63,882 nt of DNA, from the NCBI GenBank assembly GCA_038087875.1, contig CM075991.1:9736001-9799882 (forward strand). The letters are read 5' to 3'. A model generated the notes under the pieces. That model was not told the DNA's origin. It ran no database searches and worked only from the letters and a program-made list of their open reading frames with translations. A program made the position numbers and the translations under genes. The DNA is from Malacoraja senta. Its lineage: Eukaryota. Positions 61,972-63,882 of the stretch are shown one piece after another (within the stretch, counting starts at the first letter, position 1; the number at the start of each line of letters is the position of its first letter).

Positions 61972-63264
61972 TCGTTTTCTTTTACCACGTCATTGGGCGG
62001 AGGAGTGTGGGCACTGAGGAAGGTTCGTTCCCACCGAGCCCCTCTGAGCCCCAGAGGAGTCGGGGCTAATCTTGAGTACCTGCCCTCGGTCACAGGAAGG
62101 GGCCCAGTCTACCCCAACTGTGTAACTGGAGCAGGGCTGCAGTGTAAAATATGTGCGGCACAGTCCGCAGCCTAACTTGTAAACGCTCATGATTACAAAA
62201 GAAGATCGGCCCATTGACATGTGTGGAAGATAGACAATAGACAATAGGTGCAGGGGTAGGCCATTCAGCCTTCGAGCCAGCACCGCCATTCTCTGTGATC
62301 ATTACTGATCATCCACAATCAGTACCCCGTTCCTGCCTTCTCCCCATTTCCCCTGACTCCGCTATCTTTAAGAGCTCTATCTGACTCAAGATAGCAGAGA
62401 GTCCCATGGACTCAGTAGGGAGCTACTCACAAACCTTGGTCCAATCAAACTGTGTCCTGGCAACAATTGATACGGTTTGGGCTCGTGACGTGCTCATTGA
62501 CGCGCCCCTTCATCTCTCATTCTTTCTCCCACTCTTTCTCTTTCTCTCTCTATCTCTCTCACTCCCTTTCTCCTTCACACTCTCACTCACACGATCTCAC
62601 TCACACTTAGCCTTTCGAACTCTCTCACTCTCGCACCCTCTCTCTCTCATTCACTGGCTCTCTCACTCATTCTCTCTCACACACGCACACTTTCTTTGTC
62701 ACACCCACATGCGTTCTCAATCCCGAGCACTCGTTCACACTTACACTGTTTCACGAGCACACTCGCACTACCAAGCTCACACCTACACGTATGTACTCTC
62801 TCACTGAGAGTCACACACCACACACACACACTGAACTTCACGCTCATTCACACTCACTTCTATTCTCTCCCCCCCCCATAACACCCCTCCTCACCCACAT
62901 ACATTTGACTCCGGTCTCATTTATAGAGGCATTATCTCCCAAGAATCCATGCCTCTTGGGGGGAGGGGGGGGGGGGTTGGAAAGGGTTGGGGGGATGGGG
63001 TGTTAGTGGAAGTAGTAGTGGTGGGGATGGGGGGGGGGGAGGGCAGGGATCGGAGGGGAAACAACAAATGTAATCAGAATTAGTTGGATTTCTTGACTTT
63101 CTGCCCAATTAAAAATCTGCACATTAAATTTGGAGGGATCAGCTGGCAGCGACACTCACCCCCCCCCCCGGGGATTTTGCTGACCGCAGAGCATTGCCTT
63201 TAACATGTTCCGTGCACTTAACCCCTTGCTGGTATGGGCTATGGATATTTATGTGGAGGGATAT

Positions 63265-63398
63265 GTCTGAAGAAGGGTCTCGACCCGAAAGGTCACCCAT
63301 TCCTTCTCTCCAGAGATGCTGCCTGTCCCGCTGAGATACTCCAGCTTTTTGTGTCCATCTTCGGTTTAAACCAGCATCTGCGGTTCCTTCCTACACAG
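63265..63398 (+). mobile_element. Penelope end with hammerhead-like motif
   Basis: GTCTGAAGAAGGGTCTCGACCCGAAAGGTCACCC... Confidence 0.8.
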
Positions 63399-63564
63399 AT
63401 ATAGATCCAGGTTCTCTCCGCTATAACTTACTATTGATTCTTTTCAAGAGCCCACATGCCAGCACGTTGCGCCTGTGTACATCAATATCGCCTGCGATCT
63501 GTCCTAACTGTTCTGCTGATCTTGTCATTCTGTTCTTGCCCTGTTGCTGTGGTGTATTGGACTT

Positions 63565-63882
63565 TAGACATAGGAGATACAGTGCGGAAACAGGCCCTTC
63601 GGCCCACCGATTCTGCGCCGACCCAGTGATCACCCGTACACTTAGTTCTATCCACACACTAGGGGCAATTCACGTAAGCCAATTAACCTACAAACCTGCA
63701 TGGTAAGAAATCAGAGCACCAGGAGAAAACCCACGCAGTCACGTAGCAATAGGATTTGAGTATAGGACAGGGCGGTTCTACTGCAGTTGTACAGGGTCTT
63801 GGTGAGACCACACCTGGAGTATTGCGTACAGTTTTGGTCTCCTAATCTGAGGAAAGACATTCTTGCCATAGAGGGAGTACAG
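63565..63882. mobile_element. V-SINE fragment (-) followed by a CR1 RT fragment (+, from ~63752, runs off the window)
   Basis: [19 protein letters not shown], near-identical to 51960-52090. Confidence 0.85.

Noticed and set aside
62958..63060. G-run cluster as a functional G-quadruplex
   Set aside because: Poly-G/C runs are common throughout the window and homopolymer lengths are unreliable; no specific evidence.

Overview
Repeat-dense vertebrate DNA. The HE1/V-SINE, HER1/CR1, Rex-Babar and Penelope repertoire points to a cartilaginous fish, probably a skate or ray (inferred). A 200-N scaffold gap at 29601-29800 joins two contigs. Only two host coding exons are recognisable. (1) A 69-bp + strand exon at 33473-33541 encodes [23 protein letters not shown], the zinc-knuckle exon 6 of a COE/EBF transcription factor, EBF2-like; everything downstream is probably its large intron 6. 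(2) A - strand ATG exon at 3270-3360 encodes MKCFHCHFFYSIKSSFSGLNALMSTSPYNQ with a phase-1 donor. It resembles the mitochondrial-targeting leader exon of PP2A B-beta2 and, by synteny with EBF2, probably belongs to PPP2R2A. The rest is intron filled with mobile elements: CR1, Rex/Babar, L1 and RTE/Vingi-type LINE fragments, tRNA-derived V-SINEs, Deu-domain SINE relics, CpG-rich PIF/Harbinger-type MITEs and more than 20 short Penelope ends carrying a minimal hammerhead-like motif, often as foldbacks. The most striking RNA feature is a 140-bp TSD-flanked element (37351-37490, -) that is essentially a 54-nt minimal HDV-like ribozyme fused to a LINE 3' tail. Nearly all ORFs in the supplied track are repeat-derived or spurious. 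All calls are by eye; boundaries of degraded repeats are approximate.
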